DNA of 64,000 nucleotides from Ilumatobacteraceae bacterium (GTDB taxonomy: Bacteria; Actinomycetota; Acidimicrobiia; Acidimicrobiales; Ilumatobacteraceae): contig CAVPIC010000007.1 of assembly GCA_963704915.1 (NCBI GenBank), positions 123,819 to 187,818 on the forward strand, given 5' to 3'. Below, piece by piece: positions 37,685-45,441 of the stretch; the first letter of the stretch is position 1, and every line of letters starts with the position of its first letter. The notes under the pieces are model-generated. The model worked only from the letters and a program-made list of their open reading frames with translations. It did not search any database and had not been told where the DNA came from. Made by a program: the position numbers and the translations under genes.

Positions 37685-40272
37685 GCCAGACACGACCCGA
37701 CGTGATCGTGATCATGACCGACCAGGAGCGGGCAGCTCCGCCGTACGAATCCGACGAGCTGCGGGCATGGCGCCACGACACCCTCACCGGGCGCACGTGG
37801 TTCGCGGAACATGCGGTGTCGTTCGGTCGCCACTACACCGGCTCGCTGGCGTGCGTGCCGAGTCGACCGACGCTGTTCACCGGGCAGTACCCAGACCTGC
37901 ACGGGGTGACGCAGACTGATGGCCTCGGCAAGCTGCACGACGACTCACGGCTGCGCTGGCTTCCCGAAGGCGAGGTGCCGACGCTCGGCAACTGGTTCCG
38001 AGCTGCCGGCTACGACACGCACTATGACGGCAAGTGGCACATCAGCCATGCCGACCTGGTCGATGCGGCGACCGGTGAGATCGTTGCCACCAATGACGAC
38101 GACGGCAACGTCGATGCTGCCGCGGTGCAGCGCTATCTCGCCGCCGACCCACTCGGGCCGTACGGGTTCTCCGGCTGGGTCGGCCCGGAGCCCCACGGTG
38201 CTGGACTTGCCAACGCCGGGGTGCGCCGTGACCCGCTGATCGCGGCTCGTGTGGTCGCCTGGTTGGAAGACCGCTACGCCCGCCGAGCAGCGGGCGACGC
38301 CGACGCACAGCGACCATTCCTGCTGGTGGCGAGCTTCGTCAATCCCCACGACATCGTGCTGTTCCCCGCGTGGATCCGCCAGGGCATGCCGATCGAGCCG
38401 GGCTCGCTCGACCCGCCCACGGTTGCGCCCTCGCCGACCGACGACGAGGACCTGTCGACCAAGCCCGCCGCACAGATCGCCTACCGCGAGTCGTATCCCA
38501 CCGGGTACGGACCGGTGGCGCTGGTCGGCAAGTCCTATCGCGACCACGCCCAGGAGTACCGCGACCTCTACTACCGGCTGCACGCAGATGTCGACGGTCC
38601 GCTCGACCAGGTGCGCCGGGCGATCACCGCCGGCCACGAGAGCGGTGCCTTCGACGAAGCGGTGATCGTCCGCACGGTCGACCACGGAGAGCTGCTCGGC
38701 GCCCACGGCGGGCTCCACCAGAAGTGGTTCAACCTCTACGACGAGGCAACCCGTGTGCCCTTCGAGGTGGTTCGACTCGGTTCGAGCCCGACCGAGCCGC
38801 GGGTGATCGACGACGCACCGACGTCCCACGTCGACCTCGTTCCGACGCTGCTCGGCGCGGCTGGCATCGACGAAGCCGAGGTGGCCCAGAGGTTGCGCGC
38901 CGAGTTCAGTGAGGTCCATCCGTTGCCCGGTCGCAATCTGATGCCGGTCGTCGATGGGGTGCTGACACCGGACCGAAATCGTGCGGTGTATGTCCTGACC
39001 AGGGACAACATGCTCGAAGGAGACACAGGGGCCTCGGGGTTCGCCCGCCGGATCGGACGGACGGTGAAGCCGCCCGCGCCGTTGCGGATCAAGGTGCCGG
39101 CCCACGTGGGAGCGAACTTCGAAGGGGTCGTCGTCAGGGTCGAGGACACCGACGCACCCGGCGGTGCCGGGCACTTGTGGAAGCTGGTGCGCACGTTCGA
39201 CGACCCGGCGACCTGGACCGAACCCGGGGTTCGCCACCTTGCCGCGAACGGGTTGCGCGGCGACGAGTACCGCACCGAACCGCTCGCTGACCAGTGGGAG
39301 CTCTACGACCTGACCGCCGATCCGGTCGAGCACGTCAATTGCTGGCGCGATAATGACACACGCTCCGTGTTCGAGCACATGCAGACCGTCTTGAAGCACG
39401 AGCGGGCGCATTCGGTGCCCGAACGCAACGTGCCGTGGCCCTATGTGCGCCGGCGGGCGAGCGCTCCGGCGACCAAGCGGGTGCCGCCACCGGCGCGGCT
39501 GTTGCGCAAGGGGCTGCAGAAGCTCGGGTTGCATCCTGACGACCCTGACGCGCGTGAGTTCGAACTCCTCGGCAAGCGGGCGCTGATCGTGTGCACCAAC
39601 CACGCGGTGCTCGACGTCGGCAAGGCGACAGGTGTGTTCGCCAGCGAGATGACGGTGCCGTACTACGCGTTCCTCGACGCCGGCATGTTCGTCGATCTCG
39701 CCAGCCCGAACGGGGGAGTGATCCCCGTCGACCCGCAGAGCGTCAAACCCGTGATCCGCAGCGCCGATGACGATCGGTTCCTCGCCGACCCCGAACTCCG
39801 AGGGAAGGTCGCGGACTCGCTGGCGGTCGCCGATGTCGACATCGCGTCGTACGACATCGTCTTCCTCGCCGGCGGCTGGGGTGCGGCGTTCGACCTCGGC
39901 ACGTCGGACGCACTCGGCGAGACGATGACCGAGGCGAACGCGCTCGGCAAGGTGATCGGCGGGGTCTGCCACGGGCCGCTCGGGCTGTTGCGAGCGACCG
40001 CACCCGACGGTCGCCCGCTGGTCGAGGGACGCCGGGTCTCAGCGGTGACCGACAAGCAGGTGCGCGAGCTCGGCATCGAGGCGACACCGCAGCACCCCGA
40101 GACCGAGCTGCGTGCCGCTGGGGCCGTGTTCGAGAGCGTGCACGCTCGCCGAGACCCGCTCGCCAACCACTGGGTCGTCGACGGCAACCTCGTCACCGGC
40201 CAGAACCAGAATGCCGGGCCGATGGTGGCGCGGGAGATGATGCAGATCCTCACCCAACGAGATGGACAGTGA
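37681..40272 (+). CDS. Formylglycine-type sulfatase fused to a C-terminal DJ-1/PfpI (class I glutamine-amidotransferase-like) domain
   Basis: 863 aa. The N-terminus has VIVIMTDQER, the signature CVPSRPTLFTGQ and KWHISH. The C-terminal 230 or so aa (ALIVCTNHAVL...IVFLAGGWGAAFDL...VIGGVCHGPLGLL...VTGQNQNAG) match DJ-1/PfpI/Hsp31-like proteins, including a nucleophile-elbow Cys-His. No stop codon separates the two parts. Confidence 0.85.
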   Translation: MSQTRPDVIVIMTDQERAAPPYESDELRAWRHDTLTGRTWFAEHAVSFGRHYTGSLACVPSRPTLFTGQYPDLHGVTQTDGLGKLHDDSRLRWLPEGEVPTLGNWFRAAGYDTHYDGKWHISHADLVDAATGEIVATNDDDGNVDAAAVQRYLAADPLGPYGFSGWVGPEPHGAGLANAGVRRDPLIAARVVAWLEDRYARRAAGDADAQRPFLLVASFVNPHDIVLFPAWIRQGMPIEPGSLDPPTVAPSPTDDEDLSTKPAAQIAYRESYPTGYGPVALVGKSYRDHAQEYRDLYYRLHADVDGPLDQVRRAITAGHESGAFDEAVIVRTVDHGELLGAHGGLHQKWFNLYDEATRVPFEVVRLGSSPTEPRVIDDAPTSHVDLVPTLLGAAGIDEAEVAQRLRAEFSEVHPLPGRNLMPVVDGVLTPDRNRAVYVLTRDNMLEGDTGASGFARRIGRTVKPPAPLRIKVPAHVGANFEGVVVRVEDTDAPGGAGHLWKLVRTFDDPATWTEPGVRHLAANGLRGDEYRTEPLADQWELYDLTADPVEHVNCWRDNDTRSVFEHMQTVLKHERAHSVPERNVPWPYVRRRASAPATKRVPPPARLLRKGLQKLGLHPDDPDAREFELLGKRALIVCTNHAVLDVGKATGVFASEMTVPYYAFLDAGMFVDLASPNGGVIPVDPQSVKPVIRSADDDRFLADPELRGKVADSLAVADVDIASYDIVFLAGGWGAAFDLGTSDALGETMTEANALGKVIGGVCHGPLGLLRATAPDGRPLVEGRRVSAVTDKQVRELGIEATPQHPETELRAAGAVFESVHARRDPLANHWVVDGNLVTGQNQNAGPMVAREMMQILTQRDGQ

Positions 40273-41119
40273 CATGACCGACACGCGCACACCCCGCTAC
40301 GGAACCGTCGATCGTGAGTACGGGATGAGACTGGCGACCATGCCACCCGACGAGGACGGTCCGGTGTGGATGGTCAACCTCATGAAGTACCGCGAGGTTG
40401 CGGACTACGCCGACGGTCGCGAGTCGGCGATCAGCGGACGCGACGCCGACGATCTCTACACGCCGCGGGAGTCGCTCGCGGCGATCGGCGCCGAGATCGT
40501 GTTCGCCGGCGAGGTCGACCAGCAGTTGCTCGGCGACGCGCCGATCTGGGACCGCGTCGGGGTGGTGAAGTATCCGACGCGTCGCTCGTTCATCGAGATG
40601 CAGTCGCGTCCCGACTTCCAGCGCCAGCACGTCCACAAGGACGCCGGGATGGCCGAGACGATCGTCATCGGGTGCCAGCCGATCGACGTTCCGACGGCAC
40701 CCGACGGCACCGAGCCCGTCGACTGGGCCGACGTGCCGCACCCGCCGACCGACGGCGACGGCCCGGTGATGGTGATCCACGTCCTCAAGTACCACGAGGC
40801 CGCTACGGCATCGATCACGCCTGAGGACATGGCGGCATACCAGCGCGCCGCTGCCGAGGTCGCCGTTCCCCATGGTGTGCGGATCTCCGGGTGGTTCGCC
40901 GCCGAGGGCACGATCCTCGGTGACGGACGCACATGGGACCAGGTCCGGTTCAACCTGTTCCCGAGCAAGGCGGCGTTCATGGCGGTCGTGGTGGACCCGG
41001 CGCGCCTGGAAGCCCAGAAGTCCAGCCGTGAACCGGCGATCGCCGACACATACACGATGATCGTGCGGCCCTCGATCGACCACATCGCCGACAGCATTGC
41101 GGGCATCGACCTGCGATGA
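40262..41119 (+). CDS. Tandem DUF1330-domain protein
   Basis: It has two DUF1330-like halves (VWMVNLMKYREVADY...; VMVIHVLKYHEAATASI...). The start is ATG 40262 (11-nt overlap) or ATG 40274 (1 nt after the upstream stop). The stop codon 41117-41119 lies inside a palindromic repeat. Confidence 0.75.
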   Translation: MDSDMTDTRTPRYGTVDREYGMRLATMPPDEDGPVWMVNLMKYREVADYADGRESAISGRDADDLYTPRESLAAIGAEIVFAGEVDQQLLGDAPIWDRVGVVKYPTRRSFIEMQSRPDFQRQHVHKDAGMAETIVIGCQPIDVPTAPDGTEPVDWADVPHPPTDGDGPVMVIHVLKYHEAATASITPEDMAAYQRAAAEVAVPHGVRISGWFAAEGTILGDGRTWDQVRFNLFPSKAAFMAVVVDPARLEAQKSSREPAIADTYTMIVRPSIDHIADSIAGIDLR

Positions 41120-41215
41120 GCCAAGTGTCGCCATTCAGGCGGTTCGCTCATCGCTGGGGTGGGAACGTTGTCTGCGATGAGCGAAGTGTCGGTATCCGGG
41201 CGGTTGGCTCATCGC
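41113..41215. repeat. Array of two 42-bp palindromic elements (41113-41154, 41174-41215) with a 61-bp period
   Basis: The copies read GCGATGAGCCAAGTGTCGCCATTCAGGCGGTTCGCTCATCGC and GCGATGAGCGAAGTGTCGGTATCCGGGCGGTTGGCTCATCGC. Confidence 0.9.
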
Positions 41216-41234
41216 TGGGGAGGGAGCGCCCTCG

Positions 41235-41771
41235 GTGAGTGGGCCTCGGTACTTTGCATTCATGCGGGCGATCAACACCGGTACGCGGAGGTTGACGAAC
41301 GAGCGGCTGCTGGAGCCCTTCGTCGAACTGGGCTTCACCGACGTCGCCGCCTACCAGGCGGCCGGCAACGTCACGTTTCGCAGCGATCATGCGGTCGACG
41401 AGCACCGCATCGAACGCGAGCTGGCAGCGGCGTACGGCTTCGACACGCCGGCGTTCGTCCGATCGGCGGCCGACGTGAGAGCGATCGCCGACGTCGAACC
41501 GTTCTCGCCGACGGAGATCGCTGCGACGGCCAGAAAGGTGCAGGTGACGTTCCTGCGGAGCCCACCGTCACGCGATCAGATCGCTGCCCTCGTCGATCTC
41601 GCCCCCGACGACGACCTCGTGCGGGTGATCGGATGCGAGTGGTACTGGCTGCCGGTCGAGGGCATCAGCGGGTCCAAGCTCGATGTCGGGCAGGTCGAGT
41701 CGCTGCTGGGCGAAATGACCATGCGTACCCTCGGAACCGTGGCACGTATGTCGAGCAAGTTCGCCGGCTGA
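41235..41771 (+). CDS. DUF1697-family protein
   Basis: 178 aa with a GTG start. It contains YFAFMRAINTGTRRLTNERLLEPFVELGFTDVAAYQAAGNVTF, characteristic of DUF1697. Confidence 0.8.
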   Translation: MSGPRYFAFMRAINTGTRRLTNERLLEPFVELGFTDVAAYQAAGNVTFRSDHAVDEHRIERELAAAYGFDTPAFVRSAADVRAIADVEPFSPTEIAATARKVQVTFLRSPPSRDQIAALVDLAPDDDLVRVIGCEWYWLPVEGISGSKLDVGQVESLLGEMTMRTLGTVARMSSKFAG

Positions 41772-41803
41772 GCTCCCCGGCTGAGCTCCCCGGCTGAGCT
41801 CCA
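41766..41803 (+). repeat. 13-bp tandem repeat (GGCTGAGCTCCCC) with 2.9 copies
   Basis: Sequence: GGCTGAGCTCCCC GGCTGAGCTCCCC GGCTGAGCTCCA. The first unit contains the DUF1697 stop codon. Confidence 0.8.
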
Positions 41804-41812
41804 CCAGCACCA

Positions 41813-41864
41813 CGTTTGTGATGCAATCCGGGTGGGGCGGTCCACCGAAACCGTCACGCAAACG
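41813..41864 (-). repeat. 52-bp element with inverted termini (copy C, reverse orientation)
   Basis: The reverse complement reads CGTTTGCGTGACGGTTTCGGTGGACCGCCCCACCCGGATTGCATCACAAACG. It is exactly 52 bp, like copies A and B. Confidence 0.7.
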
Positions 41865-41918
41865 TGGGTCGAGGAAACCGATTGTCGGTCACTGCTGGGA
41901 ACGAGGCAAGATCCGCCG

Positions 41919-42563
41919 ATGCCACCTGTTCATTCGCTCGCCGCCTTCGCAGCGGTGTCGTTCGCGATCATCATCATTCCGGGACCGAGCGTGATGTTCG
42001 TGGTCGGCAGGGCGTTGTCGCTCGGCCGGCGCGCCGCACTCGTCACGGTGGCCGGTAACGCGCTCGGTTTCTACGTCCAGGTGATGCTCGTGGCGGTCGG
42101 CCTCGGAGCGATCGTCGAGCGATCGGCAGCCGTGTTCACCACCATCAAGCTGATCGGTGCGCTCTACCTCGTCTGGGTCGGGGCGCAGGCGATCATTCAC
42201 CGTCGGGCCAACGCTCAGCGTGCGGTCCTCGTCGAGGGCGCTGACGTGGTGGGCCATCGGTCGCTGTTCCTGGACGGCTTCGTGGTGGGCGTGGCGAATC
42301 CCAAGACGATCGTGTTCTTCGCCGCGATCCTGCCCCAGTTCGTGGCCGCCGGCGGCGCTCCGGCTGGGGTGCAGATGCTGGCGCTCGGGGTGATCTTCGC
42401 AGTGATTGCGTTGGCATCCGACAGCGCGTGGGGCCTCGCCGCAGGGACCGCACGACAGTGGTTCGCAGGCTCGCCCAGGCGACTCGAACTCGTCGGCGCC
42501 GCAGGAGGCGCGGCGATCGTGGGTCTCGGGGTTCGATTGGCGCTCACACGCCGCTCCGACTGA
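41919..42563 (+). CDS. LysE/RhtB-family amino-acid exporter
   Basis: 214 aa with AAVSFAIIIIPGPSVMFVVGRAL and FVVGVANPKTIVFFAAILPQF. Confidence 0.85.
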   Translation: MPPVHSLAAFAAVSFAIIIIPGPSVMFVVGRALSLGRRAALVTVAGNALGFYVQVMLVAVGLGAIVERSAAVFTTIKLIGALYLVWVGAQAIIHRRANAQRAVLVEGADVVGHRSLFLDGFVVGVANPKTIVFFAAILPQFVAAGGAPAGVQMLALGVIFAVIALASDSAWGLAAGTARQWFAGSPRRLELVGAAGGAAIVGLGVRLALTRRSD

Positions 42564-42582
42564 TGGCGCCTGCCGGCGGCCT

Positions 42583-42745
42583 GCCATGAGCCAACCGCCC
42601 GAATCCCGGCTTTTCGCTCATCGCTGGGCGCGTACACCGTGTCCGATGAGCGAAGCGCCCGGATGGCGTCACTTGGCTCATCGCAGGCGGTTGGACTCGG
42701 TCAGCGATGAGCGAACCGCCCGAATCCCGGCTTTTCGCTCATCGC
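42583..42745. repeat. Array of three 42-bp palindromic elements (42583-42624, 42643-42684, 42704-42745)
   Basis: The periods are 60 and 61 bp. The core subtypes alternate a-b-a. Confidence 0.9.
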
Positions 42746-42767
42746 TGGGGATGGGCGGCGGTGTTGG

Positions 42768-44474
42768 TCAGGTGAGGTCGAACCAGGACAGCGTCTCGGC
42801 GACGGCGATCGGATCGGACGCGTTGGCCTGTGCGCTCGGGTCGTCGAGCACTTCCGAGATACTGCGGCGTCCGTTGAGCACTTCGCCCCACGATCTCCGA
42901 TCGATCTGCAGGACGACGTCGGCGTCGACACCGTCGGTCGGCGCGGCGACGCCGTTGCGGACGTGGAGACCGGCTGCACCGTCTGGGAGCTCGATGCACA
43001 GGTGCCGTTCGGCGCCCTCACAGCGTTGCGGGTCGAGCATCACCCGCAGGATGTGGACCACGTCGCTGGGGTCGGCGTCGGCGACCTGGGCGCCGGGAAA
43101 CCGGTGGCGGCGGAATCTCGTCGTGTCGATGGCTCCCTCGAGCTCCAGCGCTCGCGTGAGACTCCAGTTGCGGATGTTGGCTGACGTGGTGCGCTGGCCG
43201 ACCGCACGCAGCGCTGCAGCGAGGCGGCCGCGGTCTTCACGGCAGTCGGGATCGACCCGTACGAGCCAGGTTGCCAACTCGAGCGCCCACCGCAGATCGT
43301 CGTCGGCAAGTGCGGCGTCGATCTGCGTGCGCACCTGGTCGACGCCACCGAATCCGTCGATGAGCTTACGCGCACGCTCGATCGGCGGCACCGGGAACAG
43401 CCGCGCCGTGTCGCCGTCGAACCATCCGCGCAGCCCGGTGTGGATCTGTCGGACGTGGTGTTCGGCCAGTCCGTAGAACTGGGTCTGGAAGTACGAGTCA
43501 CCGCACGAGTCCGGCAACTGGACGAACTCCGTCAGCTCGCCATGGGTGAGGCCCTTGTTGACGCCGCGCACGGTCTGGTCCCACATGAACTGGATGGCGT
43601 CGCGGCTGCGTGTCAGCTCGGTGCGGATGCGATCCGTTCCGCTGATCGGTGGTCCGTGCGTGCCAACCAGATGCTCGGCGTCGAGGCCGATCATGTGGTC
43701 GAATCCGGCGAGCAGGATACGTGGGTCGCGGTACTCCTCGCCGCGGATCGCGAACACGTTGAACAGCGCCGGCCACGCCAGGTTGTTGACGCACACCCCG
43801 AGGTCGGGGAACCAGATCGTGATCGAGTCGGTGGCATCGGACTCGGCCGGGGTCAGCTCGACCCTCAGTCCGGCGAGGGTGATCGTCACGGGTTCGCCGA
43901 ATGTGTCGGTCGGCTCGAGGAAGCCCTCGGTGAACGGCGCGTGCTCGGGGATCCGGAACGCGGGCCCGAGGCCGCCGCTGACGAGTGCGTCGGGCCCCGC
44001 CGGCGGCAGCAGCATGCCGAACTGGTGCACGAGCCCATACTGTGAGACCGGTCCGACCTCGCCCGCCTGGCGGCGACGGTTGGCGATCACACCCGCGTGT
44101 GCCCAGATGGGAATCGACGATGACGCGCCAGACTCGATCAGGGCCTCCGTGCCGCCGACGTAGTGGAAGTGGCTGTAGATCACACCGACCACCGGTGCAG
44201 CAGTGTGGGTACGCACCTGCTCCAGCGACCACCGCATCTCCTCGATCGAGTCGCCGGTGTCGATGACGATCAACCCATCGGGCCCCTCGACGAACGTCTG
44301 GTTGGACAGACCATTGCCGACGGCGCACCACACGCCCGGGGCGACCTCGTGCAGCCGTCGCTCGAACCGTTGCGCGTGCTCGATCGCCTCGCGCCGAGCA
44401 AGCGCACCGTTCGGAGCCGTCGAAACGCGCGACTCGTCGCGGTCGAAGCTGGCGGGAATCGTTGGCGCGGTCAT
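42768..44474 (-). CDS. MBL-fold alkyl/aryl sulfatase (SdsA1/Bds1-type, with a C-terminal SCP2-like domain)
   Basis: 568 aa containing LIVIDTGDSIEE, VIYSHFHYVGG, a dimerisation region (FYGLAEHHVRQIHTGLRGWFDGD) and a C-terminal SCP2-like segment. The gene is intact. Confidence 0.85.
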   Translation of the reverse strand: MTAPTIPASFDRDESRVSTAPNGALARREAIEHAQRFERRLHEVAPGVWCAVGNGLSNQTFVEGPDGLIVIDTGDSIEEMRWSLEQVRTHTAAPVVGVIYSHFHYVGGTEALIESGASSSIPIWAHAGVIANRRRQAGEVGPVSQYGLVHQFGMLLPPAGPDALVSGGLGPAFRIPEHAPFTEGFLEPTDTFGEPVTITLAGLRVELTPAESDATDSITIWFPDLGVCVNNLAWPALFNVFAIRGEEYRDPRILLAGFDHMIGLDAEHLVGTHGPPISGTDRIRTELTRSRDAIQFMWDQTVRGVNKGLTHGELTEFVQLPDSCGDSYFQTQFYGLAEHHVRQIHTGLRGWFDGDTARLFPVPPIERARKLIDGFGGVDQVRTQIDAALADDDLRWALELATWLVRVDPDCREDRGRLAAALRAVGQRTTSANIRNWSLTRALELEGAIDTTRFRRHRFPGAQVADADPSDVVHILRVMLDPQRCEGAERHLCIELPDGAAGLHVRNGVAAPTDGVDADVVLQIDRRSWGEVLNGRRSISEVLDDPSAQANASDPIAVAETLSWFDLT

Positions 44475-44500
44475 CGCCCGAGCATGTCAGACCGACCGCT

Positions 44501-44603
44501 GCGATGAGCGAAGCGCCCAGATGGCGCCACTTGGCTCATCGCAGCGGGTGGAACCGGGGCATCGATGAGCGAACCGCCCGGATACCGGCTTTTCGCTCAT
44601 CGC
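44501..44603. repeat. Array of two 42-bp palindromic elements (44501-44542, 44562-44603) with a 61-bp period
   Basis: Core subtype b is followed by subtype a. The array lies between two co-directional minus-strand genes. Confidence 0.9.
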
Positions 44604-44630
44604 TGGGGATGTGTCGGCGGCTGCGGGGTG

Positions 44631-45431
44631 TCAGAGCGTCGAGATGCCGCCGTCGACGGGGATCACGCTGCCGGTGGTGAACGCACCGGCCCGGCTGGCG
44701 AGGAAGATCACCGTGCCGGCGATGTCCTCCGGTGATCCGATGCGCCGGCGGGGCACACCGGCCTCGACCATCTTGCGGCTGTCGGGGTCGTCGAGTCGGT
44801 AGGCCATCATCTTCGACTCGAACGGGCCGGGAGCGATCGAGTTGATCGTGATGTCGTCGCGCACCAGATGCGCCGCCATGTGCCGGGCCATCATGTGGAT
44901 GCCCGCCTTCGACGCCGAATACGAGTAGTTGTCGCCGACCGGGACGCGGATCCCGTCGATCGAGCCGATCATGATCACACGCGCCGGATCCTCGGCGGTG
45001 GCGCCGGCCTTCAGCTGGGGGAGCAGTGCTTGGGTGAGCATGAACGGGGCCTTGACGTTGATGTCGAGCACCTTGTCGAAACCGATCTCGGGAAACTCGC
45101 CCAGCGGCGCGCCCCACGCGGCACCGGCGTTGTTCACCAGGATGTCGACCTGCGACTCGCGCTCGGTCAGGGTGCTCACGAACGACATGAGCCCCTCCGC
45201 AGTCGACAGATCGGCCGGGATCGAAATGCACTCGCCGTGTGCGGACAGCTCGGCTGCAGCGGCGTCGCAAGCGTCGGCCTTGCGGGCGGTGATGTAGACG
45301 CGTACGCCGTTGGCGACCAGCCCCGAGGCGATCATGAATCCGATCCCACGAGACCCGCCGGTGACCACGGCGACCTTCCCAGCGAGTCCGAACAGGTTGT
45401 CGAGTGCGAGCGGAGACGTCGAATCGGGCAT
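44631..45431 (-). CDS. SDR-family oxidoreductase (RhlG/FabG-like)
   Basis: 266 aa with KVAVVTGGSRGIG, NNAG and YSASKAG. Confidence 0.85.
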   Translation of the reverse strand: MPDSTSPLALDNLFGLAGKVAVVTGGSRGIGFMIASGLVANGVRVYITARKADACDAAAAELSAHGECISIPADLSTAEGLMSFVSTLTERESQVDILVNNAGAAWGAPLGEFPEIGFDKVLDINVKAPFMLTQALLPQLKAGATAEDPARVIMIGSIDGIRVPVGDNYSYSASKAGIHMMARHMAAHLVRDDITINSIAPGPFESKMMAYRLDDPDSRKMVEAGVPRRRIGSPEDIAGTVIFLASRAGAFTTGSVIPVDGGISTL

Positions 45432-45441
45432 GCTGACGAGT

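Noticed and set aside
38779-38789. A tRNA T-arm-like GGTTCGAGCCC
   Set aside because: It lies inside the sulfatase coding frame (VVRLGSSPTEP). No acceptor stem, anticodon arm or D-arm can be drawn around it.
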